In this document: positions 1-8,783 of the stretch, one piece after another
Layout of the letters: every line of letters begins with the position of its first letter
How positions within the stretch are numbered: position 1 is the first letter of the stretch
Virus record (IMG/VR): IMGVR_UViG_2836755666_000018
Coordinates: 10,315 to 74,314 of that record
Source of the DNA: a virus
Lineage: Duplodnaviria > Caudoviricetes
Reading direction: 5' to 3' (one strand)
DNA: 64,000 nt
Made by a program: the position numbers and the translations under genes
The notes under the pieces: model-generated
Database searches by the model: none
What the model was told of the DNA's origin: nothing
The model's input: the letters and a program-made list of their open reading frames with translations, nothing else

Positions 1-150
1 TCTGCGCCTTTGAGTTCACTTTCCAGCAGAAAAAACGCTTGCCAGTGCGTCAATATTTCGTTCGGTAAAGCGGCGATTTTACGCGGGTCAGGTTGACCCC
101 ATCTATCAGCCAGTTGGAAAATAAAGCGTAAGCGAGCGGAGTCGGTTAGT
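1..150 (-). CDS. Tail assembly chaperone frameshift extension (gpT-like), partial
   Basis: -1 frame after A AAA AAC stays open to the window edge: KLTDSARLRFIFQLADRWGQPDPRKIAALPNEILTHWQAFFLLE. Confidence 0.75.
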
Positions 151-493
151 TTTTTTTAGCGCCATCCAGACTGCCACAGCTAAATTGCTGAACAAACTTG
201 AGGGCTTCAATCAATGATTGCGTGGATTTGGTAGCAATTAATTCCTCTGCGGTGGGCAATTCTTCTGTGGGTAAGGGTTGCCCTGCTTTATCGCAAATCG
301 TTTGCAAAATCAGGTTTGCTCCCGCAATACTTGCCTGTGTGTTAGAGCCACTGTCTTGCGCCTGTTTTAACGCTTGCTCATAGGTATCTAGCTCTGCAAT
401 GGTTAAGCGGCGTAGATAAACATCAACATCAAAAATAGCGTGTTTTTCAACATAACTATCCGGTGCTAATAAACGTGATTTAAGTGATGACAT
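146..493 (-). CDS. Phage tail assembly chaperone (gpG-like)
   Basis: 115 aa ORF downstream of major tail gene, ends GAKKN* on a slippery A8C run. Confidence 0.8.
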   Translation of the reverse strand: MSSLKSRLLAPDSYVEKHAIFDVDVYLRRLTIAELDTYEQALKQAQDSGSNTQASIAGANLILQTICDKAGQPLPTEELPTAEELIATKSTQSLIEALKFVQQFSCGSLDGAKKN

Positions 494-503
494 GCTATTT
501 ACC

Positions 504-731
504 TTATTCTTTTTCTTCTAATGCTCTGACACGTTTGGTGAGCGCATCAAGTTCTGATGACAAATCCTTACCGGGTTCGCCTTTTTCTCCTTTATCGCCC
601 TTATCCCCTTTTTCGGGTAAGGTATTAAGTGCTTCAAAGTTGTCATTGGTTTTACTAAAAGCATCACGTAAAGTATCACCCGTTCCATCATCCGGTTTTG
701 TGCCAATATTGATTTTTTTGATTTCTGCCAT
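504..731 (-). CDS. Small virion-accessory protein with short collagen-like repeat
   Basis: INIGTKPDDGTGDTLRDAFSKTNDNF motif typical of tail/baseplate proteins, plus GDKGDKGEKGEPGKD. Confidence 0.65.
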   Translation of the reverse strand: MAEIKKINIGTKPDDGTGDTLRDAFSKTNDNFEALNTLPEKGDKGDKGEKGEPGKDLSSELDALTKRVRALEEKE

Positions 732-783
732 CAGTTTACTTTCCTCTTGGTGCTATCCGCCGTGAATTTTGTCGCATCGGCGG

Positions 784-1068
784 TTAAGGCTTTGGGGGTA
801 CTGTTCCCCAGGTGAGATTATTCTGTTTCCCTTTTACCGTAATTTGAATGACTTCACTTGCTGGCGCACTAATCTCATTCATCTCCCAGCCTGACAGGGC
901 CAAGATCATCGTGGCTGTCCGTTTATTGGGTAGCTCAATATAAAGCTGAACGGTTTCTCTATTTTGTGCCAAATTTAAAAATTCAGTAAAATCTTCATTT
1001 TCGGGGTCATCGATAAAACCTAGCGTCTTTTCCGGCCCTTCCGGTAAATCGGCTATATATTGTTTGTT
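784..1068 (-). CDS. Helper major tail protein, 3' part (split by satellite 1)
   Basis: Reads NKQYIADLPEGPEKTLGFIDDPENEDF...WGTVPPKP*; joins in frame to 16269-16450 through the shared AACAAACA. Confidence 0.88.
   Translation of the reverse strand, partial: NKQYIADLPEGPEKTLGFIDDPENEDFTEFLNLAQNRETVQLYIELPNKRTATMILALSGWEMNEISAPASEVIQITVKGKQNNLTWGTVPPKP
1061..1068. repeat. att core of satellite 1 (terL-side end)
   Basis: TGTTTGTT at the exact point where tail-gene coding stops. Confidence 0.85.
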
Positions 1069-1141
1069 TTTATTTCAAATTATTTATATCTATTTGAATT
1101 ATATATATTTATTTATATATACAGGCATAAAAATAGCTATC

Positions 1142-1165
1142 TGCAATACACATTGCAATACACAG
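1142..1165. promoter_or_regulatory. Putative integrase arm-type sites (tandem GCAATACACA)
   Basis: TGCAATACACATTGCAATACACAG; same motif near all four satellite ends. Confidence 0.75.
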
Positions 1166-1221
1166 GTTTTAATCAGAAGAGAAATTTGTTTAAGATTATC
1201 CGGGGCGCTAATAAAAACCCG

Positions 1222-2889
1222 CTACACACCATCAAATGAAGCTAATCGTTCTTTCTGCTCATCGGTCAGGCTAAAGGTAAAGTCCTCATGCTCTATCTGC
1301 CATGTACCAAAGCTCATCAAAAAGGCTAAGGCGGGGTCAATTTTGTTAGCCGATTTTTTCTTGTTCGGTTTGATATTGGCGTTTGCATCGGTTTCCATTA
1401 CCACATTTGCGATCGCCCACGCTAAAACGGGGTCACCGTTATGGTGGATATTCTGACGATTAACAAAGACTTCTGCTGACTTGGCGACAGGGCTTAAACG
1501 CATATAGGTTTGTGGGAAGGGTTCAACATCTAAACCTGCACCCTGTAATTGCGTTCTGAGATGAGTGGCATTCCATGTATCAAAGCCAATGAGCTTAATT
1601 TCAAACTGCTCACTGTCTTTGAGAATATCATCTCTGATACGGTCATAATCAATACAATCGCCTTTAGTGGTTCTCAGCCAGCCTGACCGTACCCATTGAT
1701 GATAGATTGCTCTATTTTTATTCGCTGGACTCTGTAATTGCGCTTCGGGGATATAGTGACGGCTCAATAGCAAGAGCGCATTTTCTTGTGGGAAGGTATA
1801 ACAGACGCTAGTAATATCGTTTGTTGAGGATAAATCCATCCCTGCATAACAGGTTTGTCCCTTTAAATCCGTTTCCTTGTAGTCCCGTTGACAGGCAGCC
1901 CAAGCCCCTTCACCCATCCACGGCGTTTGACCCTGACACCAGATATTAAATCGTTTGGTTAACATCTCTGTCCATTGTGAGGGAATTCCCCTTGCTTTTT
2001 TAATCGTATCGTTCAGGGCATGACTTTCTACAGAGACATTAAGATTAGGATTGGCTTTAACCCAGTTATGCTCATCATCAAGCTCACCGTCTTCGTCTAG
2101 TTCATAAATCAGGGCAAAGAGTGATTCATTCTGCGCTTCACCGTCCAATATCTGACAACAATAATCATAGTGCTGTTTACAGGCTGAAATAACATTGCTC
2201 CCTGCGGTGGTAATGGCAAAAAGTAGTGCTTCAGGGCGTGCCCCCATCCCTAACTCAAGCGCGGAATAAACCGCATTATCAGGGTGTAAATGATACTCAT
2301 CGACAATCGCCAGACTCGGATTAGTCCCTTCGATTGTTGCCGCCTTAGCTGCCAGAGGTTTTAGCAAACTGTTATTTTTAGGATAAATTATTTTATGTTG
2401 CTGGATAGTCAGCCGTTTCTTTAGGCTAGGGGATAGCAAACACATCTGACGGGCATCATCAAAAACAATGCGTGCCTGGTCTCGACTCACGGCTGCTGTA
2501 TAAATATCCTGTTGACCCCCTTCCATGATTAAAAACCAGTTAGCCAGTATTGCAGCTAATGTAGACTTAGCGTTCTTTCTTGGCACTTGGATATACGCAC
2601 TACGATATTTTCTTCTTCCCGTGCTAACTTCTTTGAATCCTAAAATATTCGCTATAGCAAATTGCTGCCAAGGTTCTAATTGAATAGGCTTGCCTCGAAG
2701 ATGTCCTTTGACATGGGGGCAGAGACTGGAAAAAGCGATAAACCGTGCTACCGTTGGCGTATCGAAGGTATAAACAGGATTATTGAGGTCATTAAAATAA
2801 CGATTAACCGCCTGTTTTAAGCGTTTACAGGCCGGAATATCGCTATTTCTGACGCGCTCAGCGTATTGATGCCAATCGGTCAAGTTCAT
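1222..2889 (-). CDS. terL: Satellite terminase large subunit
   Basis: LEPWQ, Walker A VPRKNAKST, Walker B AIVDEYH, ITTAG, KIDP motifs. Confidence 0.95.
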   Translation of the reverse strand: MNLTDWHQYAERVRNSDIPACKRLKQAVNRYFNDLNNPVYTFDTPTVARFIAFSSLCPHVKGHLRGKPIQLEPWQQFAIANILGFKEVSTGRRKYRSAYIQVPRKNAKSTLAAILANWFLIMEGGQQDIYTAAVSRDQARIVFDDARQMCLLSPSLKKRLTIQQHKIIYPKNNSLLKPLAAKAATIEGTNPSLAIVDEYHLHPDNAVYSALELGMGARPEALLFAITTAGSNVISACKQHYDYCCQILDGEAQNESLFALIYELDEDGELDDEHNWVKANPNLNVSVESHALNDTIKKARGIPSQWTEMLTKRFNIWCQGQTPWMGEGAWAACQRDYKETDLKGQTCYAGMDLSSTNDITSVCYTFPQENALLLLSRHYIPEAQLQSPANKNRAIYHQWVRSGWLRTTKGDCIDYDRIRDDILKDSEQFEIKLIGFDTWNATHLRTQLQGAGLDVEPFPQTYMRLSPVAKSAEVFVNRQNIHHNGDPVLAWAIANVVMETDANANIKPNKKKSANKIDPALAFLMSFGTWQIEHEDFTFSLTDEQKERLASFDGV

Positions 2890-3223
2890 CTTCTTCTTGC
2901 ATTTCTACCGGATTACGGCGACGTGATACGGGGTCAAAACCTAATAGTGAGGCCATTTTTATCATGGTTTTTTCTGCCTCGGCTTTTGCGCTTAGTGCGG
3001 GGTTCCTACTTTCGCTTCCCTGACTGTTGGCGATACTAAATCCGCGTTCTGCGAGGTCTGCAACGGCTTTTCGGTAAATGGAATAGTTGACGCAATACAG
3101 CTCAAAGCTACTCCAATCAGTGGGGTTCAGGTCGTTACGCTCTGCAACGAATTTTGCCTTAGCTTTCCATTCTGTAGTAGCAATCTCATCAAGATAGCTA
3201 GGGGCTTTGGGTGCTCTTGCCAT
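2858..3223 (-). CDS. terS: Satellite terminase small subunit (P27 family)
   Basis: PKAPSYLD...NPAL...LGFDPVSRRR; directly upstream of terL. Confidence 0.9.
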   Translation of the reverse strand: MARAPKAPSYLDEIATTEWKAKAKFVAERNDLNPTDWSSFELYCVNYSIYRKAVADLAERGFSIANSQGSESRNPALSAKAEAEKTMIKMASLLGFDPVSRRRNPVEMQEEDELDRLASIR

Positions 3224-3254
3224 AATCTATTGTTTTCCTTATTGTTTTATTTTC

Positions 3255-3337
3255 AAAAAAATTACTGCGCATAAAAATTGGATTGACGTGCGGTCCCAGC
3301 GCAATAGGGGGTTGTCATATTTAACTCCCCCACCCCC
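3255..3337 (-). other. Candidate satellite cos/packaging region
   Basis: Non-coding gap between HNH module and terS with G-run and GGGACCGCACGTC, as in HK97-type cos regions; conserved at about 24095-24180; exact cut site not determinable. Confidence 0.5.
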
Positions 3338-3495
3338 TACTTCCAAGGCTGATTCCTAAAACATTCCATTAGCTCACGGTCACGCTGAGTCAATCGTTTA
3401 ACGTAGGATTTATTCGCGCTTGGCTTAACGCGTCGATAACCTTGGCTATGTCTAAGTAATCCCTTAATCAATTGATTTATCTGATATTCGTCCAT
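3337..3495 (-). CDS. Small hypothetical protein
   Basis: MDEYQINQ...QRDRELMECFRNQPWK, conserved in satellite 2. Confidence 0.5.
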   Translation of the reverse strand: MDEYQINQLIKGLLRHSQGYRRVKPSANKSYVKRLTQRDRELMECFRNQPWK

Positions 3496-3934
3496 TAAGG
3501 TTATACTCGTGTATCCAGTCATTACGATGAGCAGCTTTTTCTTCCTGCTCACGGAACATGCCAGCTTTACGCTGTGCTTTAGTTATTGGATCTTGCTGAA
3601 TAATTTTGCGGTTATGACATCCCTGACACAATGATTGATGGTTATCTTGCCACCAGAACAGTACATCGCTATCTCCATCGATTGGGATGATATGGTCAAC
3701 GATTTTAGCGGGTGTATATATCCCCTGACTTTCGCACTTCACGCAAAGAGGATGCTCCTTCAAATAAATCAGACGATATTTAGCCCATTGGCTGGAGTAG
3801 CCACGCTGGGTATGCGTTCCTCGTTGTTTTTCTACTCTGCGTCTGGCTGCTCGTTTATGCGCCTCGCACTTACCCGATTTCACTCGGGTACTACAGCCTG
3901 GCTCTGTACATCTTTTTAATGGTTGATACGGCAT
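3464..3934 (-). CDS. HNH endonuclease (terminase cofactor)
   Basis: RGYSSQW...HPLCVKC...VDHIIP...NHQSLCQGCHN. Confidence 0.92.
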   Translation of the reverse strand: MPYQPLKRCTEPGCSTRVKSGKCEAHKRAARRRVEKQRGTHTQRGYSSQWAKYRLIYLKEHPLCVKCESQGIYTPAKIVDHIIPIDGDSDVLFWWQDNHQSLCQGCHNRKIIQQDPITKAQRKAGMFREQEEKAAHRNDWIHEYNLNGRISDKSID

Positions 3935-4237
3935 TTAATACACTCCAATATCTCGATACACTGACCATAACGATTTAATCGTAAAGGGGACTTCTTTAAG
4001 CTCAACATCTGTTGCCATTTCCCGATTCTCATAGAGCAATCCGATATAGAGCAAACACCCAACCTTAATTGCTGGCGTGAATGTCAATCCTTCATCAAAC
4101 CGTTTGCCGATATGTTGTTGACAGGCTTCAAGTGCTGCTTCGGCATACGTGGTTAATAATTTATCATCCAGCGTAAAACTCTCTTCTAATCGACAATGCT
4201 GTTTGATTTCATTTAAAGGGATTTTTACATTAATCAA
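3935..4237 (-). CDS. Head-tail connector (gp6-like)
   Basis: LNEIKQHCRL...LLYENRE...VPF...VYR. Confidence 0.88.
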   Translation of the reverse strand: MINVKIPLNEIKQHCRLEESFTLDDKLLTTYAEAALEACQQHIGKRFDEGLTFTPAIKVGCLLYIGLLYENREMATDVELKEVPFTIKSLWSVYRDIGVY

Positions 4238-4568
4238 ATCGTCCTCCTCCCTTGCAAATCAATTCTAATCTTGATTGGCGTGCATCGGATAAAACAACGG
4301 CTATCTCAAATCGAGAACCCAGTGTATTAGCACCTTTATACACAATGGCGTTGTCAATCGTGATATCAGGACGATAACGCATCCAAATCTTGACGATGGC
4401 TTGAGGATAGCGAGTACCAAAGGTTAATAACTCCTGACCGCGTAGCGCTTTTACTTCTGCCCAGACATCTTCAACATCTACCCAGGTTACTCGCTGGTCA
4501 CCTAGATTACCGTATGTAATCTCTTGTTTCTGAATCGTCACACGATGTCTTAATCGTCCTGCTCTCAT
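4230..4568 (-). CDS. Head closure / head-tail adaptor
   Basis: MRAGRLRHRVTIQ...VWAEV...IWMRYRPDI. Confidence 0.9.
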   Translation of the reverse strand: MRAGRLRHRVTIQKQEITYGNLGDQRVTWVDVEDVWAEVKALRGQELLTFGTRYPQAIVKIWMRYRPDITIDNAIVYKGANTLGSRFEIAVVLSDARQSRLELICKGGGRFD

Positions 4569-5782
4569 GCGTTGTCCTCCGCATGTTTCTTAACCTCAAT
4601 ATGCTGTTTCCACGCCTGACTAAATTCATCACCGCCATCACGAGGCGGTAAGCCTTCCCGTTCACGGGCTTCATTGGGGCACATCACACCGGATTTAATC
4701 GCCGTTTCATAACTTAAGAAACGCTCTCTTGGGTTGGCTCTGAGTAAATCGGCGGTGTCAAATTCCACTTGGTAACGCATACCGGATTGCGGAACATTAA
4801 GTAGTAGTGCCGATTTGATTTGCTGTTCGAAATTCGCTAACCAAGGGCGCATGGTAATGGTTAAAAACGCGCGGCTGGCTTCACTAAAATTACTGTAGGT
4901 ACTGTTGGAATATTCTTGCAGAAAAATAGGGCTGACATTAAACATGCGGGCGATATCTTCTATCGTAAAACGGCGGGAAGCTAACCATTCTGCATCCTGA
5001 TTACTCATGCCTAATTTTTCATATCCCATTCCACCTTCAAGGATTGGCACTTTACCCGCATTTTTTGCCCCTCGATAACGTTCAAGCGCGTCAAGGGCTT
5101 TTTGCCCTTTGGCATCATTCAGCCACTCATTGGATTTAATAATCCCTGCTGCCATCATGCCATCTTTCATCACACTCGCGCCGTGGCGCTGTTGGGCTAG
5201 TCCTAAACCTAATGTCTCCCGACAAATCGTAATCGGTGAACGTCCCATAAACCCATCATCCGTGGCGTAACGTAAATGTAAGATTTCTTCTTGCAGACAG
5301 ATACGGACTTGACCACTGTAGGGCTCGGTTATCGTATAACGGTAACGGTGCTCACTTAATCGTTCAGGTACAACCGCACTCGGCGGATAAGGATGTAATG
5401 AAGCGGGCTGTCCGTCTTTACCCCATGTGATAAGCGCATAGGCATTACCATTGAGTAAGCAATGGCGCATTAGGGTTCGTTTAAACTGGAAAGGTGTTTG
5501 ACAATCATTTGGTTTTTCATTGAGCAAATAATCTACCACGTGGTTACTTAGCCATTCCCGTGATTCCATACCTTTATCATTGTGTACCCGATATAAAAAA
5601 CAGGGCATCGTCGCCACCGCTTCACTAATCACCGTAACGGCATTGATAACAGCGGGTAAGCCTTCTGCGGTGATCGGTGAGACATATTCGCCTGACCGAC
5701 TGTTAGGAATGCCAGCCAGTGACAGGAACTCATCAATACTAAAGCTGCGTTCTTCTGCCTTTTTATGTCTGAATGGCCACAT
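4565..5782 (-). CDS. Satellite portal protein (HK97 family)
   Basis: LLNGNAYA, EILHLR, GRSPI, IARMFNVSP, PNEAREREGLPP; start at TGATG overlap. Confidence 0.95.
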   Translation of the reverse strand: MWPFRHKKAEERSFSIDEFLSLAGIPNSRSGEYVSPITAEGLPAVINAVTVISEAVATMPCFLYRVHNDKGMESREWLSNHVVDYLLNEKPNDCQTPFQFKRTLMRHCLLNGNAYALITWGKDGQPASLHPYPPSAVVPERLSEHRYRYTITEPYSGQVRICLQEEILHLRYATDDGFMGRSPITICRETLGLGLAQQRHGASVMKDGMMAAGIIKSNEWLNDAKGQKALDALERYRGAKNAGKVPILEGGMGYEKLGMSNQDAEWLASRRFTIEDIARMFNVSPIFLQEYSNSTYSNFSEASRAFLTITMRPWLANFEQQIKSALLLNVPQSGMRYQVEFDTADLLRANPRERFLSYETAIKSGVMCPNEAREREGLPPRDGGDEFSQAWKQHIEVKKHAEDNA

Positions 5783-6336
5783 CATTCCACCTCGGATAAT
5801 TGGAGCCACCGATGATGTAAATACGTGGGTTTGGAGCGATTAACATTGAGTGAACGCTTGGCAATTTCGACACCACTTTCAGGGTAAGCGGGTAAACTGG
5901 TGATCGTAATTTCGAGCAATTCAGCCTCAATAACCGTTCTAAGATAAGGCTTTTCGCCAATTTCCCAATGGTCTTTTATCGTCCTAAACGCAAAGCTCAT
6001 GCCGGAGATATCCCCCCGTTCAACCAGTGTCAGAACATCTCGGCCTAATTGCGTATCAGGCGGGGTAAGCGCAAACCGTAACCCCGTTTCATCTTCAGCC
6101 AGTTGTAACGTACTCGACGCGGTACGCCCTAACAGGTTGGTCACGTCATGTTCAAACAGACACCTTACATCTGTCTCTTTTCCCAGACTGTTTTTAAACG
6201 CATACGGGGCGAAGGTTTCAATAAATTCACCCCATAACAGTTGTGAGCGGCTATTCCACTTAACCGCATAGCCTGTTAGCTTTTTTTCATCAGCAGACAG
6301 GCTTGCCGTACGTATTTCAAAATCGGTTGATTTCAT
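5782..6336 (-). CDS. Prohead protease (HK97 family)
   Basis: GYAVKWN, LFEHD, GMSFAF, LLEITITSLPAYP. Confidence 0.93.
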   Translation of the reverse strand: MKSTDFEIRTASLSADEKKLTGYAVKWNSRSQLLWGEFIETFAPYAFKNSLGKETDVRCLFEHDVTNLLGRTASSTLQLAEDETGLRFALTPPDTQLGRDVLTLVERGDISGMSFAFRTIKDHWEIGEKPYLRTVIEAELLEITITSLPAYPESGVEIAKRSLNVNRSKPTYLHHRWLQLSEVE

Positions 6337-6341
6337 GGATA

Positions 6342-7511
6342 TTAGCCTCCGGCTCCTTTCGCCTTGACCTCAAGCACTTTAATTGCATTGGAATCGACTA
6401 ATCCACCGCCTAGATATTTATCAGTATGGATCTTGATAAAGCCAGGCTCAGTAATATTGTCAGGCCGTGTACGTGTGCCCGTCTGATGGTCAACAATGGT
6501 GTAACCGCGTTTAAAGTCACCGAGGGCTATCACATCATCATTCATAAATTCAAGGTAATGAACCGATAAACCCAACAGACTATCAGGATCACCCACTTGT
6601 AACCGTTCACGCCAGATATAATCACCATTGCCATTTTTCAATTTTTGTACTTTGGCAGCCGTGTTTGAGTTCATCACCCAGACGGCATTTTTACGGTATT
6701 TATTTTTTAGCGTGAATTTCAGGTCAATCAGACTATCCGCTTCCAGCTTGGTCACTTCCTGCTTTTGCAATGTGCCAAAGCTGCGGTCTTTATCTGCTTT
6801 CGTATCACGGGGATAGGATAGAAATCCTTTTGCTTTTTTTGTGCCGTTACCACTGACTAAATCGGTTTCTTCGGTATCAACAAAGGTGTCAGCAATTTCA
6901 CGGGTCAACCAGCCTAAAATATCGACATCACTAAAATCGAGGATTTCCTGAGTGGTTTTAGGATAGGCATAGACAGGAAATAACTTGATACTGACTTCTT
7001 CCAGTTTAGGGGTAGCGGTTTCGGTGCGGGCTTTGCCTTCTTCACCGTGATTGATCACGGCACCACCAACAGACACCAGTTGCTTATATTCGTTGCTGTG
7101 AGTGGTCTTGATAGTACAGATTTTACGCATGACGGACTCATCACTGAGACGTTGCATAATCTGTTTATTTAGTTCAGGAATAACGGTATAGCCACCATCA
7201 GCCGGAACCCCAGTCGAAAGTCCGCGCGTTTCCCCTGTCAAAACATAATGCCTTAATGCATCATTTCCCTGTTCTTTTTGTACAGGCTTTGCCGCTAATG
7301 TTCTTTCTTCATCAGCAAGGCTTTCATAACGGGCAATTTCAGTATTAAGGGTTTCCGACTGATGACGCAACGCATCAAAGTTTTTAGCTTCATCTTCGGT
7401 CAGTGTTCGTTTTTCGGTTTCTGCTAAGGTCAGCATTGATCGCATTTGTGCCGTTAAATCGGCTTTTTGCTGACGTAATTCAAGTAGTCTTTTCAAGGTT
7501 GGCTCCTGCAT
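6342..7511 (-). CDS. Satellite major capsid protein (HK97 fold with delta domain)
   Basis: Coiled N-terminus, DGGYTVIPE, YRKNAVWVMN, GDFKRGY. Confidence 0.95.
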   Translation of the reverse strand: MQEPTLKRLLELRQQKADLTAQMRSMLTLAETEKRTLTEDEAKNFDALRHQSETLNTEIARYESLADEERTLAAKPVQKEQGNDALRHYVLTGETRGLSTGVPADGGYTVIPELNKQIMQRLSDESVMRKICTIKTTHSNEYKQLVSVGGAVINHGEEGKARTETATPKLEEVSIKLFPVYAYPKTTQEILDFSDVDILGWLTREIADTFVDTEETDLVSGNGTKKAKGFLSYPRDTKADKDRSFGTLQKQEVTKLEADSLIDLKFTLKNKYRKNAVWVMNSNTAAKVQKLKNGNGDYIWRERLQVGDPDSLLGLSVHYLEFMNDDVIALGDFKRGYTIVDHQTGTRTRPDNITEPGFIKIHTDKYLGGGLVDSNAIKVLEVKAKGAGG

Positions 7512-7930
7512 GCAGTGATTGTCTTAACTGAACATGCAGAAAAAAAGCAGCTAAGGGAAGGTGATATAAACCTTAACCGCTTTTAGTAACCATGAATATT
7601 TCAAAATACACCTGCATGAATCAGGAACCTCAATTTAACATGATGAAAAATAACAGGAAACAACCTCACAGGAAGGCAAAAAAGATGAGAAAACATGAGA
7701 ACCAATAATTTACGCAACTTTACATTAGTTATTTATCAAATATCATCAGCTAAAAATTTAACAGATGTTCTTATCAATTTATCATTCTCCTAGGTCACTG
7801 TTGTGATGACCTCGAAATAACCCGCTAACCCTTTGATTTACTGCAAGTGGTCAAATTGACCCCTTGCTAGAATATTCAATTCATCAAGAAAATTTCTAAT
7901 GACATAGTGAGTAATCTGTTATGACTATCT

Positions 7931-8440
7931 TTATTGATTTGAATTCTGAATAAAACGATGAGTCGCGTACCCTTGTGGCTCTTCTGATGGTATTTCATCT
8001 AAATAAAAGATAGCGTTTTCATTGATATAAATATCAAAAAATTGACACCCCTCCTTACCGTAGATGAATTTTCCTGTTCTTCTCTCAAAATGGCAGCTAC
8101 CGCATGCCCATAAAATATATTTGAAAAAAGGTCTATAAACTTGAGGCATTGAATACCGTGGTGGGAAGCTTTCCACAAATCTTTTGCTTTTGGCTGGTAT
8201 CATTTCGGGCTGGTAGTTCCACCAAACACTAATACGTAATTCATCATAACCCAGATCAAACCAATTAATAATTGTTCGTCTGCCAGCAATAATCAATTCA
8301 CGATATCCATGTCTATTTTTTGTTCTATCATCAGCTGATCGCCCGTTCAAATCAAAGTGTCCTGATTTAATAGCTTCATTTAACGCAATAACCATCAGCT
8401 TTAAAATACACACTTGCTTTTCTGTTTTTTTCATTCGCAT
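7931..8440 (-). CDS. Hypothetical accessory protein unique to satellite 1
   Basis: 169 aa AT-rich ORF between primase and capsid, absent from satellite 2. Confidence 0.7.
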   Translation of the reverse strand: MRMKKTEKQVCILKLMVIALNEAIKSGHFDLNGRSADDRTKNRHGYRELIIAGRRTIINWFDLGYDELRISVWWNYQPEMIPAKSKRFVESFPPRYSMPQVYRPFFKYILWACGSCHFERRTGKFIYGKEGCQFFDIYINENAIFYLDEIPSEEPQGYATHRFIQNSNQ

Positions 8441-8550
8441 ACCTATTATTTATTCATGCTTGGTCACCGTCGTCATGACCTATTTAATTTATCCGATTTC
8501 CAAAATCAGTAAATTTATACAGTCAAAATACGCCCTAGCTGAAAAATTCC

Positions 8551-8660
8551 AAAAAACCTATACTACCTGTACAAACAGAAATAAATATATTTAATTTCAA
8601 TAAGTTAACTATGTACAGGTAGATGAAAATACCCCTAAATACCACTAAGAACCTGTACAC
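8551..8660. other. Satellite 1 origin-like block (ACCTGTA iterons around an AT-rich IHF-like site)
   Basis: Directly downstream of primase; inverted homologue at 14170-14285. Confidence 0.6.
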
Positions 8661-8783
8661 ATTGATTGAGCCTAGGAACTAAGCACCGCGTTAGAGTAGA
8701 TAACATCGATTTAAAATTTAATTATCGCTCTCCTTGGACAAGGAAGGTAACCCGGAAATTTTATTTTTAGGGGATCTTAGCTT

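Noticed and set aside
1142-1165. CRISPR-like interpretation of short repeats (arm sites, iterons, palindrome array)
   Set aside because: No constant repeat with regular spacers and no cas genes; the GhoS-like gene only shares the Cas2 fold
1064-1456. Plus-strand ORFs 1064-1456 and 21959-22303
   Set aside because: Antisense shadows of terL running through att DNA
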